Below, in pieces: positions 11,792-24,055 of a stretch of DNA of 64,000 nt (its first letter is position 1; each line of letters starts with the position of its first letter). Below the pieces are notes generated by a model. The model did not search any database. It had not been told where the DNA came from and saw nothing but the letters and a program-made list of their open reading frames with translations. The translations under genes were made by a program, and so were the position numbers. The stretch is from Rhina ancylostomus (lineage: Eukaryota). The DNA is taken from positions 45,624,951 through 45,688,950 of the forward strand of contig JARFYF010000063.1 in assembly GCA_030265395.1 (NCBI GenBank). The letters run 5' to 3'.

Positions 11792-13074
11792 CTGAAAAAC
11801 AACCATAAACTTGCTGACTCAGCAGTTTGAAGCAACTAAATACAAATATTTTTGTTAATTGCTCTTTTTTTTGTTGCTTTATATAGTATTTCAAATTCTT
11901 TAAATGTGGGAACATTCCCAAAAGAAATAATGGAAAGCCAATTAATGATTTTCAATACGCATCTTTGAAAGATATTTCATACAAGGTCCCTTAACACTCT
12001 ACAAATCTGAACTAAAAAATCTAAAACAAAACATAATGTATTGATTAAACTGTTCTATATCCTTGTAATCACAACAAAATAATGCTCCTGAATCCATTTA
12101 TGAAATAACTAATGTTACCCTGTTTGACTTTCACAACCCTTTGAAGTGAGGTTGTCTTCTATGTTAAGGAAAATGCAAGATTTCCCCNNNNNNNNNNTTT
12201 GTATTCTACACTGAGTTAGTGGACCCTGCCTGAACACTGGGGAAAGGGTCAACTACAATTAGTCTCAGTGCATCTGGGCTTAAAAGTAAAAATCAGGCAG
12301 GTTTCTGTCTTAGACAGATTCCAACTGCGGGCAAATCCACCAATCTGCCTGCAAAACAAATCCGGACAGGAAACTGATATCAAGCCATTTGTGATTAAAC
12401 AGCATAAGAACACTTGCTGTCCATGCTCACACTGAAGGTTCCTTGAATCTAATACAAGAATGATATGTATGGTACTTGCAGGTTGTTAATTGCACACCAG
12501 GTGGCCTACTGGGGAGTAATTTCATTGGAACACTCTAGTAAATATGCAACAATGTTCTTGTGAAATACTTGGCTATTCTTTGATAAAATATTCTGGAAAA
12601 AAATGAAGTTGAAGGAGTTAATCAATACCTCCCCAATATGTGCAGTTGTTTGGGCACAAGACTGAGAGAAACCAATGTCCAGGAAAACATAACACAGGTT
12701 TCCCTTTGTTTTTCTAGGAACAGGTGTTGACCATTCTGCTCTCAAACCTGTTCTGCCTTTCTGTTCATTTGTGGCTGAATTGTGAAATAATTCCATTTAT
12801 CTGCCTTTGTTCTAGATCTCTTAGTAAATAACATTTATCAGCGTCTTTCAGGAGAGGAGCAAATAAAACTGAACTGAAAATGTGTTAAATAAGTGAAACA
12901 AATTATAGTTTACACTGCTCTCTAGGTGAGCAGTCAACCAACAGCATATTGCAAATACAGAGCAGATCTGAAAGTCAGGAAAGGAATACAAGTTAACGGT
13001 TCAAATTGGAAGCCTTCATTCACATGCAGATTTTTTAAACACATACAGAATATATTACGGCGGTAGAAAATAAC
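11792..13074 (-). other. GLIS1 GT-AG intron (1283 bp, phase 2)
   Basis: Bounded by GT at 13074-13073 and AG at 11793-11792 on the minus strand, between the two exons. Confidence 0.78.
12200..12500 (+). mobile_element. LF-SINE-like element in the GLIS1 short intron
   Basis: ctgagttag...ctacaattagtctcagtgcatctgggct...aaaaatcaggcagg...cttgctgtccatgctcacac. Confidence 0.6.
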
Positions 13075-13261
13075 CTGGTAACAGAGTGGGGCAGAGTCAG
13101 TTGGTGACTGCCATGGGATGAAGACGGAAAGGTGCTGATGTGATTTCCTGAATGATTCACTGGCTCCAAACTGGCTGTTGCTATTGGCTCATTCCTCATG
13201 ACATGGTTCATTTCATCCCTCTTGCTGGATACAGTGTAATATGGGCTGTAACCACCATTTG
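13075..13261 (-). CDS. GLIS1: GLIS1 preceding small coding exon (ANGGYSPYYTVSSK...QLTLPHSVTR)
   Basis: Lies inside ORF 13035..13313(-). Acceptor ttttcattctgttgcag|CA (phase 1) and donor AG|gttatt (phase 2); the donor joins the G at 11791 to give AGG (Arg) in frame. The peptide ends resemble the recalled human GLIS1 long-isoform exon VNGSYGH...LHFPHPDR|S. Confidence 0.8.
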
Positions 13262-13469
13262 CTGCAACAGAATGAAAACCTAGTGTGAGTTTGCTTCCTC
13301 TGCACAAATCCAAAAGTAAATACAGTGCAGTTCCTGGCCAACATAACTAGGGCTTTCCAAAGGATGGAGTAAAACATACTTGTCCCTCCTGCAGACTAAG
13401 TTGGGGAAAATCGCTATACATTAATTTCAATCCACTCATTTTGAATCAAAATTTTAAAATATCAACTAA

Positions 13470-13830
13470 CCAATGGCTCAATGGGTCCAATACAGTTTTA
13501 AGCTGTATAGATCTGAGCATTCAAGACTTGTCTCCCAAGTGTTGTTAGAAAAAGGGCAACAGACACAGAGTGCTGGTTGGAGATGGCCTCAGCATCCTAG
13601 GATTGAGCAAGATAGATCACACAGAACACATGCTCCTTTTTAGTAACTCCTGCAGGAAGGTATAGGTCTGTGTAGGCTGGTGAAAAAAGATTTAGTCCCA
13701 TTTGGAACAAACTGCACAGCTGAATAGCTTTCTAACATACATGCTCTTTGAAGCTAATGCATGAGAAGTGGCTTTTGGAAATTGTACAGTCAGTTGGCCA
13801 GCACCCAGGAGTGAAATCTAATGTTTGTTA
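13470..13830 (+). mobile_element. LF-SINE-like element, near full length and decayed
   Basis: tggctcaatggg head, tggcctcagcatcctagg, cctgcaggaagg, gaatagc, gcatgagaagtggc, ggccagcaccca, in consensus order. Confidence 0.55.
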
Positions 13831-13904
13831 GTGTTGTCAGTGAAGAAGTGACCAGCATAGACACAGTAAAATAATGAACAGTACATTGGAAGGGAATAAA
13901 CATT

Positions 13905-14200
13905 GTATTTTGTTCATTCAGTGCCAATGCCAGCAATACGGCATTTGTTCTCCATCCCTAAGAGTCAACAACATTGGAGCATCTAGAGTCAGAAATAAGC
14001 CAGACTGGCTCAGGGCAGCAGATTTCTTTCCCCAAAGATCATCAGCGAAACAGATTCTTTCAACAATCTATGAGTTTAATGGGAAACCTTACCAAGACCA
14101 GATTTTTTAAAATTCCAGACGTACTTAATTATTTGAATTTAAATTACCCCAGCTGCCATGATGGAACTCAAAATTACTTCTCATTTAGAAATCTGGCTCT
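13905..14200 (-). mobile_element. SINE with a LINE-derived 3' tail
   Basis: Reverse complement aligns by eye with 57400-57620 (ccatcatggcagctg...aaatctgc...caatgttgttgactctta) and ends in the LINE tail motif also seen at 61465-61545. Confidence 0.6.
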
Positions 14201-17200
14201 TCATTTAGTAATTTACCTACTACACTATCATACACCAAATATATAGCCAATGTAACTAAGTCATGTAACAATGTACCAAGTCCACATTATTCCATTGATN
14301 NNNNNNNNNNNNNNNNNNNNNNNNNNNNNNNNNNNNNNNNNNNNNNNNNNNNNNNNNNNNNNNNNNNNNNNNNNNNNNNNNNNNNNACGTAAATATAATT
14401 GGGTTGGATTTCTGAGCACACACTTGAATAGCTTTAAGTTGCAAACAAAACCGCTTTTTTTGTTACAAACAATATGCCACATACAAATTCTAATTTGGCC
14501 ATACCTCTATGCCCAATATGAGTTCTGTACAATGTCCTGTTCAGCTAACATTCCTCTCTCCAATGTTGCTACACGTCTGTGACTTCAACCATTTTGCTTA
14601 TGACCATCACCAGCCAGGCACCCTCAAAACTGCCTCCTTGCACCCCCCCCACCCCACTCCCTCCTCACCACCACCACAAATCATCACCAAGTCTTTTGTC
14701 CTTTCCTTACCTTAAAAACCTGCATGTTACCTCTTTGACCACACCTTTGTTCAATTTGCCTTATTACCCTTCCATTCCTGCCCAAATCTAACTCTGAATT
14801 GTTAAAGTATCAAATGGTGTTTGTTAGACCAAGGATGCCAGTACCATAATGCTGCTGAGGTGCTAATATTGTAGTGGATTTATAACGGAGGTTGTGACAA
14901 TTATTTCTTCAAAGGTTTACTGGTTAAATATTTGGTAGGGAAAAAGAGGTCTTGGGGTCATACTGACTGAATATCAAATACTTCAAAAACATAATGTGAG
15001 GAAATAGGGAATGTTTTCTGTAGAGACCAGTGGCAGAGGATAAATTAGCAGATCTGTAAGGATTGATGAATATTCTGTTTCTGTCTGATTACCTCATGGT
15101 GCAAGGAAATACTAGTACAGGATTCTGTTACAGAAGATTTGAAACATGGAATAGAGTCCACTACAGGACAGTCTATGGGCTTGGTGAGCCAAACGGCCCT
15201 TTCTCATTCCATTCTTTCTTACATAAATAAATGTAAATTTTAATGCTGTCAAGGGTTTTAAAAACTTCACAGATCGTAATGGTAAAAATGTATATTAATA
15301 GTCATACACAAATAGAGGGAGCTTTTCAGAGAAAATATTTTGTGTATTTTTTTAAACAACNNNNNNNNNNNNNNNNNNNNNNNNNNNNNNNNNNNNNNNN
15401 NNNNNNNNNNNNNNNNNNNNNNNNNNNNNNNNNNNNNNNNNNNNNNNNNNNNNNNNNNNNNNNNNNNNNNNNNNNNNNNGACTTCTCAAAACAAAATCAA
15501 TCTAACTGTAACAGAGCACTGAGTGTACAGGGGCTATGCGCTCCAACAGTTCAGAGGAATTGGCAGGTCACACAGCAATTTCATCATGGCACCACATCAT
15601 CCTATCAAGGTACAGTGTCAATGAAAAGAGACCTGTGTCTCCATCTCGACTGGGGGTGTTGGGGACACAGCTAGCATTCCACTGACTTACCTGAAAAGCT
15701 AAATCTGCCTCAGAAATGTAGCTAAAGATACAAAGCAATTAACTCATGCCGCAATTAAGAAATATAAATAGACATACATCAATAACTTAAAAACTTGATT
15801 ACAGGCTGATATATCTGCCAACATCAATGCAATAGAAATGACTCCAGTTTGTTCTTCTGCAGAGACTGTTGAGAGAGTTTCAGGATAGCTGATTGTTGAA
15901 ACTAATAATTCACAAATTATTCATGATTCTATATAGATTTTAAAATACAATTCCTTACCTTGTTTAGTTTTTCTTTCCTTTGTGAGCTTGCAAAAAAATT
16001 GAAACTTCCATTACTGAGCATTTACAACTTGATTGGCCTTAAGGTATTCTCTCTTGACTTTTTCTTGTGCATTGTTATAAACCTTGGACCATCACTGAAC
16101 TCACCAGTTTGAAATATGCTTGAATTTTAAGGATATTGACATGTGCAACACAGTTACAATATCACTAAGGATGTGCTCCTCTCCACTGACTACAATAATC
16201 TTATTTCAAATGTGACATGAGTCATCATGGGAATATCATCACCTCAAGGCTGCATCCTTGCCTGGCTTGCACATTGAGCCATATCCCATTAAAATCACTG
16301 CATTAAATTTGTGTAAGTTCCTGCCTTACACGCCTCACTAATTAGGATATCAGCAGTTCAAGAAGATGTATCACCAGCTTAGCAACGAAGAATGAATAAT
16401 AAATGCTAAATTCAGAGAATATCTTCTTTTCTTGAAGTCTCACCTTACCTGTCAGTCCATGAATCAAAATTCTCCTTCACAATTTACCATGAATTCAACA
16501 TACAAATCATAGCACTAAAATAGCTAACCCCTCCTCCTATTCAGCTCCCATATATTGGATCAGATGGAGTTGGCACACAACACATCATTGCTTTGTGACA
16601 TCACAATGTCACTATGGATATGAATTCTTCCTCTTCCAAGAAGAATTGCACAATGGAGGTCACTTTTAACTCTTACACAAGCATCCTGCTTGTTCTGACT
16701 GTACTTTCAATTGCTCCTGGTGGTCTTGGTTTCTTAAACTAAGGAATAAGAGGATACAAATTGATGGAGATTGGGGCATTCTAGGGAGTCCAATGAAAGC
16801 CTTTTACTAAATCTACTAGACTTACAGTTATGCAGTTCGACCAGGCAACATTTTATTGACAAGATAATCCAATAAACCAAAGGAAGGCAGAGAATAGAGG
16901 GATACAAACCATATGCAGGCAGATGGGATTAGTTTTACTTTGGCATCATGGTCAACACAGATATGGTAACCCGAAGGGCCTGTTCCTTGCTGTACTTTTC
17001 TATGTTTCTAAGGCTGTGTTAATTAATACATCTTTATTCAAATAGCACTTGAAAATATAACAAACCTACGAAGAAGGTCATGAAAGAAACAGGGATATCA
17101 TAAGGTACACTAAAGGTTCCTTTCTAAAGGTGAGAATAAAGCATGCCAAAGGAAAATAGTGAATGGAACACTATTCCATTCCTGTCTGGAATGTCCTAAC

Positions 17201-18349
17201 ACTAATTGATTCTGCCAAAATTGCTAAAATGTTCCACCCTAGCAAATCATCCTTCAACTTACAAACATAAAGACTGACCCAAAAGAAAATCATGAAAAAA
17301 AGGAAACTCTGAGCACTAACTTTTTACGTCTTGAACCAAAGTTTGAATCCAGCCAACACAGATGGCAATGTCTCCATTCTTTCCTAATGACTATTAATGC
17401 ATATGTATAAAACTTCATCTTCCAGTAATAATAATTCAACAGTACAAAGCTACCCCTCTTAGCTGATGCCAATTGAACAATCTTACTTTGGAAACACAAG
17501 AGATATTATAGAAGAAATCATAAAAACAAATTCCACCCGTACAATTCTTGGTTTAAAATTTAGCAATGGCATGATGTAATAGGAGACTCAATCATACACC
17601 TGCCTCAGGGCTCATGGCTGTTGCAACAAGTGTACTAATCCCATGCAAAATCATTCCTTACTTCAACGTTAATGGAATTGTGGTAAAATATTCAATGGGT
17701 AAACAGGCGATACAGTGTACACAGACAAGTTACATTTCAGGGACAAATTATCAAATTATACAGCTTGCAACAAAGGCAGCAAAGTACTGTGTAATTTAGG
17801 TCTATTTTAGCACTTGTTCTTCAGAAAAGAATAGGTTGTTAAATTGAAAAGTCCTGTACTTTTTATACTTGGCATTTCAATATTCTTTTTCTCTCTGTTT
17901 CACTTTGGAAATAGTTCAGTTTATTTTCCAAGTGGATATTACAAAGTTTTTTCCCATTCATAATTTAGAACATTGAAAGGATTCATAATACTTAATAGTG
18001 CAATAATATATATAACTTCAGATTCATTCAGCTTTCATTCAGGTTATTCACGTGACCTATTAGTCAGCTGTTCTTGATCAGTCACTACAAAGCTAAGTAG
18101 AAGACCAAACCAATTTACAAGTTCTGCCACAAAGTGTGAAATCTTATTACCTTAGTGAATATTCATCCTTTAACCAGAAATAGAGATCATCTGGTCACTA
18201 TTGCACTTCTGTTTAAGGGTCCTTGTTGATCCTACATTGACATCAATGAAGTACTCTTGGTTACAATGGCCGTGAAGTACTTTGTGATGACCTGAGGTGT
18301 TGAAGGATGCCATGTAAATTCAAGAATTTATTTTACTAATTACTGTCTC

Positions 18350-18660
18350 ATACAGGCATAGGCTGTGTTAAGTTAGCTGATCTCAGTCAAGAGAGAAACT
18401 TGAGAACGGCAATTGTAGTCAATGTCCTCAAAACTGTGCAAAATAAAAAAATCATTGATATTTTCTGCTGCAAATTTTGCAGGTGTGCATATCATGAGAG
18501 GATAGGCCCAAATTGTGTGATAATGCCCTTCAAAGTCAAAAAGCCTGCCAACAATCAAAATCAACATTCAGACATGAAGAATTTCTACTTGGGTGAGGTT
18601 TTGGAAGGCAAACAACACCCATGGCACTGCATCCAAACATGAGTCAATCTCTTCAGTGCA
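18350..18660 (+). mobile_element. LF-SINE-like element
   Basis: agttagctgatctcag...agtcaaaaagcctgccaaca...catgaagaatttctacttgggtgaggt...cacccatgg. Confidence 0.7.
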
Positions 18661-19599
18661 GTGAATTGACAGGAAAAAGCATTGTTCTTTATTATGAATC
18701 CTTGTCCAGAACAGATGGAGAGTGTTCCCTTGAGTGATACGTCATTGTGTGATTGATTTTTCATCTGGTTTTGATGCAGAACAAAAAATATATAATTCTA
18801 AAATGCTTAAAAGTGTTTCTCATTAAAAGGGATCTTTGAATTCAAACATTACAAACTTAAATCAATAGCATAACTGACTAGACCCGGAACAGAGTGCATC
18901 AGGATCTGTGTGCAGGGAAATCATTCTTCGAGCACACACACATACTCTATGAAATATTGAAACCAATGAGCTTTCTGTATGCCTAATGGTTTGTACTGCA
19001 TGAACAATAAAATGCAAGATCTACACAGCATTTATTAATAAAGGAATTCTACATTCATTTTTTTTCTGAATTGCTCTATTAGAAATCAGCCTTACCTTTT
19101 GACTTCCAAAGATTGCCAAGTTTAACAATGAAATATATTTAGCTCAAAGAAACTCATTTCTTTTGGGTTGATCTATTTGTTTTTAAACCTTCTAACTGAA
19201 AGGCTCAGTCTGTGTGATTCATTGTAATAAGTCATGAACTGTGTAATCCTGACTATTGTTTCATTTTTTATAAAGCATGCACCTTCTTAACATGTACCTA
19301 ATTATATATTAATTGAACTGTTGCATTTCCATGAACAAAAAGTAAAAAATATTCTTTAACTACTGGTCTACAATATTAATTTTGTTTGTATTCTTTTCAC
19401 TTTTCTCTTTTTCATAATGGCTCTCTCAAATTTTATCTCTACCTCTCTCTGAATATTTTCTTTTTTATTCTCATACCCTTCAATATAAGGAAATTAATCT
19501 TTGAAACTATCCAAACAGGCTCTTGATGATCTAGTTAAAGTTGTGCTTATCCTGCAAAGTTTTTAGCAAACTTTGTAATTGTTTACAAACACTATTTTA

Positions 19600-20350
19600 C
19601 CTTATTCTTAGATATTTTGAGATGGATAGAAGTTGACTTCAGAAGAACATGGGCCAGTAGAATGAACAGACTAATAGTATATAAATTTTAATTCAGAAGA
19701 GCCACATATTTTGGCAGAAAGAATGAACAGAGACAATATATACTAAATTGTACAATTCTGAGTGCAGGAACAGTTACCTGTATTTACATAATCATTTAAA
19801 AGTAGCAGGGCAAGTTGAAAAAACAATTGGTGATAATATATGGGTTCCTGGACTTCATAAACAGAGCCATAGGAATACAAAAGTAAGGAAATAGTGGTAA
19901 AATTTTATAAACCAGGGGTTTTAATAAAACTCGACTATGACATCCAATTTTGGTCATTACATTTTTGAAGAATGCAAGGAACCCAAAAAGATTTGCTAAA
20001 ATGGTTCAGACATGTGGGGTTTTAGTTATGGGAATACAATAGAGAACCTATAATTGTCCTCCTTGGAGCAGAAAAAGTTAAGTGTAGATTTGACCGAAGA
20101 ATGCACAGTATGTTGAGAAAGGATAAGTAGAGTGATCAGGGTCCAGAAGAAGCAGATTTAAAATGATCGACCAAAGATCCAGTGCAGAAATGAAGAAAGA
20201 CCTGCTTTCTGGTGAGCAAAATAGAATGGGATGAATATTTGAAAGTAAATTATTTGCAGAGCTCCAAGGAAAGAATAAAGGAGTAGGATTGACTGGATTG
20301 TTATGTATAGAATTGGCACAGATTTGATGGAATGAATTGCCCCCTCCTGA
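19600..20350 (+). mobile_element. Old CR1-type LINE, RT C-terminus and 3' UTR
   Basis: Decayed CR1 motifs (catccaattttggtcattaca, ctccttggagcagaaaa), with stops in all frames. Confidence 0.6.
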
Positions 20351-20375
20351 ACATGCCTCAAAAGCAGCAGCAAAT

Positions 20376-20768
20376 AAAACAGAACAGTGCAGCACAGGAA
20401 CAGGCCCTTCAGCCCACGATGTCTGCACTTAACACGATGCAGAGTTAAACTATACCTCTTCTGCCTGCACACGATCCATATCCCTCCATTCCCTGCACAT
20501 GAATGTGTCTATATAACAACCTCTTCAAAGCCGCCGCCATACCTGCTTCCACCACTACCCTGGCAACCCGTTTCAGGTACCTACCACTCTGTGTAAACAA
20601 AACTTACCCCACACATCTCTTTTAAACTTTCCTCCTCTCACCTTAAATGCATGTCTTCAAGTATTTGACACTTCTATCCCCAGGAAAAAGATTCTGACTG
20701 TCTCCCCAATTTATGTCTCTCATGATTTTATAAAAGTCTATCAGGTCTCACCTCAGCCTCTAGCACTN
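20376..20768 (-). mobile_element. Younger CR1/HER1-type LINE 3' end
   Basis: acagaacagtgcagcacaggaacaggcccttcagcccac... is the reverse complement of the elasmobranch CR1 tail ending gggcctgttcctgtgctg. Confidence 0.75.
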
Positions 20769-21632
20769 NNNNNNNNNNNNNNNNNNNNNNNNNNNNNNNN
20801 TTATAGTTCATACCCTCAAATAAGGCTGCTGATTTTATTGCGATGTTCATTTCTGATCAATTCTTTTAATCATATGGTGGACATTATCATATGCTTCTGA
20901 TAATCATTTTTAACAATAAATGCACTCATGGAACTCAGAATTCCAAGGAGGACCAAATTTACAATTATATTAATATCTAACCCACAAGAACTCACTCTCC
21001 AATTTGGTGTTTATTTTGGCAACTCAGCAGATTGCTCTCAGCTTGCTAAAGTACCTTAGGTACTGAGAGTTTTACTAATACATCATACTAGAAGAACATT
21101 GGCGAGTAAGGAGAAAACCGCCTGGCAAAGATTATCAAATAATTTTTGCTTTCAGAAAAATTATACATTGAGGAAACCTGAATAATGTAGAGATACTCTG
21201 GCAACTGAATTTAATTAAGCAGCTATTTAATCCCCTTTTGGAAGTACTTGCACCCTCTGCTTCAACAACAGTTGGAAACAAATCACATTCTGATAACCCT
21301 AAATACGAAGTTCTAACTTATCCTTTAAATCCTATTACGATTCTCATCAGCTGTGCTGTCTAATTACCACTTCACCAATAATGCAAGAAACACATCATTT
21401 ATTTTATCAAATCTGATCATAATCTCAAAGGTCTTGAAAGACCATCACCAGGCAACCTTCTCAACTCCAGTTTCCAGTTTCATTGCAAATCAATCTCAAC
21501 TTTGGCATTCATTTCAATAGGGTGTCTAAAAGTGCATACAATAATCCAAATGTGACAAAACTGAGATCTTGCACAAGCTGAATATTAAACTTTTTTTTTG
21601 TTTGCTCTGCTTCTTGATTCCACTTGCTGTTT

Positions 21633-24055
21633 CGGTAAGGAGTCCTCTCTCCCTTCTAATGACCTGTTCTCCCATCTCCAGCCCTCTTCTTCCACCGGGA
21701 CTCCCCCTCCAGCCTGTTACCTTCTCTAGACCCATTCATAGCCAACTGTTGGCACGACATCAACCGCCTTGAATTTTCTGTCCCCTCACCTACTCCCTTC
21801 TGAATGCTCTGCTCTCCACTCCCTCCACACTAACCCCGACATTGTCATCAAACCAGCTGACAAAGGTGGTGCCATGGTAGTCTGGCATACTGACCTCTAC
21901 AGGTAGAGGCCAGACGCCAACTCTCGGACACTTCTTCCTACCTACCCCTGAACCACGACCCCACCGAGGACCACTAGGACATTATCTCCCGCACCATCAC
22001 TGACCTCATCACCTCAGGAGATCTCCCCCACACCCCCCACCACCCCCCCCACAGCTACCAACATGATAGTCCCGCAACCTAGGACTGCCCACTCCCATCT
22101 CCTCCCCAAAATCCACAAGGAGGACTGTCCCGACAGACCTATTGTCTCCACATGCTCTTGCCCCATGGAACTCATATCTTTGTACCTGGATACTATCCTG
22201 TCCCCCCAGTCAAATCCCTTCTCACCTACATCCTTGACACATTACAGGCTCTACCAACTCTTCCATAGCTTTAAGTTCTCTGGCACGCACAACCTCATCT
22301 TCATCATGGAGGTCTTCATCATGGAGGTCCAGTTTCTGTATACCTCCATTCCCTATCATGACAGCATCACCGCCCTCCATTTCTTTCTTGACCAGAGACA
22401 GATCCAGTTCTTTTCCACTAACACTCTCCTCCACCTGGCTGAACTTGTCATCACCCTAAACAACTTCATTTTCGATTCCGCTCACTTTCTACAGACAAAG
22501 GGCATAGCTATGGGCACTCGAATGGGCCCCAGTTATGCCTGCCTCCTCACTGGCTACATTGAACAGTCTCTGTTCCAAGCCTACTCCAGCCCCATTCCTC
22601 AACTCTTTCTCTGCTACATTGATGACTGCATTGGTGCCACCTCTTGTACCTGTGCAGAACTCGACAGTTTCATAAATTTCCTCACAAATTGTCACCCTGC
22701 TTTCCAATTCACTTGGACTATCTCTGACACCTCTCTCTCCTTCCTCAATCTTTCCATCTCAATCTCAGGAGATTCCTTATCCACTGACATCTTCTACAAA
22801 CCCACTGATGCCCACAACTTCCTCAGTTACAGCTGCTCCCACCATATCTCTTGCAAGGATGCTGTCCCTTTTACTCAATTTCTCCACCCCTGCCCCCATG
22901 AAGAGGTTTTCCACTCCAGGACATCCGAGATGTCCAACTTTTTTTCTAACCGGGGCTTCCCCCTGACTGTGGTCAAGAGACCTCGCACCCATATCTCTGG
23001 CATTTCCCACACCTCCGCTCTCACCCCAACCCCTTCCAGACCCAACAGGCATAGGGTCCCTCTTGTCCTCACATTTAATCCCATCAGTTGACGTATCCAA
23101 CATGTCATTCCCAGTCACTTCCATCATCTCCAACGGGACCCCACTACCAAGCACATCTTCCCCTTCCCACCCCTTTCTGCCTTTCACAGGGACCACTCTC
23201 TCTGTGACTCACTAGATCACTCCTCCCGCCCCCATCCCACCTATTCTGCTCCCACCCTGGGAACTTTCCACTGCCCCTGCAACACCTCCGTCCAGGGAGT
23301 CAAACAGTCCTTTCAGGTGAGACAGAGATTCATCTGCACCTCCCTTAATATCATCTACTGCAGTTGGTGCTCCAAGTGTGGCCTCCTCTACACTGGTGAG
23401 ACCAAACAGAGACTAGGTGACTGTTACGCAGAACACCTGTGCTCTGTCTGTAACCGCGATCTACATCTCCACAGTCACTTCATTTTCATTTTGGAACCTT
23501 GTAGCCTACAGCATGAATATTGAATTCACCCACTTTAGGTAATCCCCACCAACACCCCCCCCCCTCCACCATGCTTCTTCTCTTCTTCCCTTTCCTAGCC
23601 TCTCTTTTTTCTACCCCTTTCTTTTCCTTTCTCTCCTTNNNNNNNNNNNNNNNNNNNNNNNNNNNNNNNNNNNNNNNNNNNNNNNNNNNNNNNNNNNNNN
23701 NNNNNNNNNNNNNNNNNNNNNNNNNNNNNNNNNNNNNNNNNNNNNNNNNNNNNNNNNNNNNNNNNNNNNNNNNNNNNNNNNNNNNNNNNNNNNNNNNNNN
23801 NNNNNNNNNNNNNNNNNNNNNNNNNNNNNCTTACCTGCACTGACCTATCACCACCCTGTGCCCACTCCGCCTCCCCATTTTTGTCCACCTATCACTGCGC
23901 TGCTTTTCCCTCCTATGTACTGGGCTTCCCCTTTTCCTATCTTCATTCATTGACCGCCTGCTTTTCTCCACAGATGCTGCCTGGCCTGCTGAGTTCCTCC
24001 AGCATCATCATGTTTTTTCCATCTAGACTCCAGCATCTGCCGTCGTTTGTTTCTC
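21633..24055 (+). mobile_element. 5'-truncated Penelope-like retroelement (RT + GIY-YIG endonuclease + 3' pLTR)
   Basis: RT motifs KPADKGG, LPKIHK..RPIVS, LYTSIP, GIAMGTRMGPSYACL, YIDD; downstream NIIYCSWCSKCGLLYTGETKQRL (GIY-YIG). Candidate TSD tgctgttt at 21625-21632 and 24056-24063. Confidence 0.9.
22063..23460 (+). pseudogene. Disrupted PLE reverse transcriptase-GIY-YIG ORF
   Basis: The 342-aa ORF 22063..23091 keeps YIDD but has substitutions, an internal duplication (FIMEVFIMEV) and a stop. The endonuclease remnant lies in ORF 23317..23523 and is truncated. Confidence 0.85.

Noticed and set aside
10615-11835. 406-aa ORF read as a single-exon gene
   Set aside because: Both ends run into intron. 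Canonical splice sites define 11791-10702, and zinc fingers 3-5 are absent.
22222-23196. Minus-strand ORFs opposite the PLE RT
   Set aside because: Antisense shadows of the C-rich RT sequence, with no independent coding signal.
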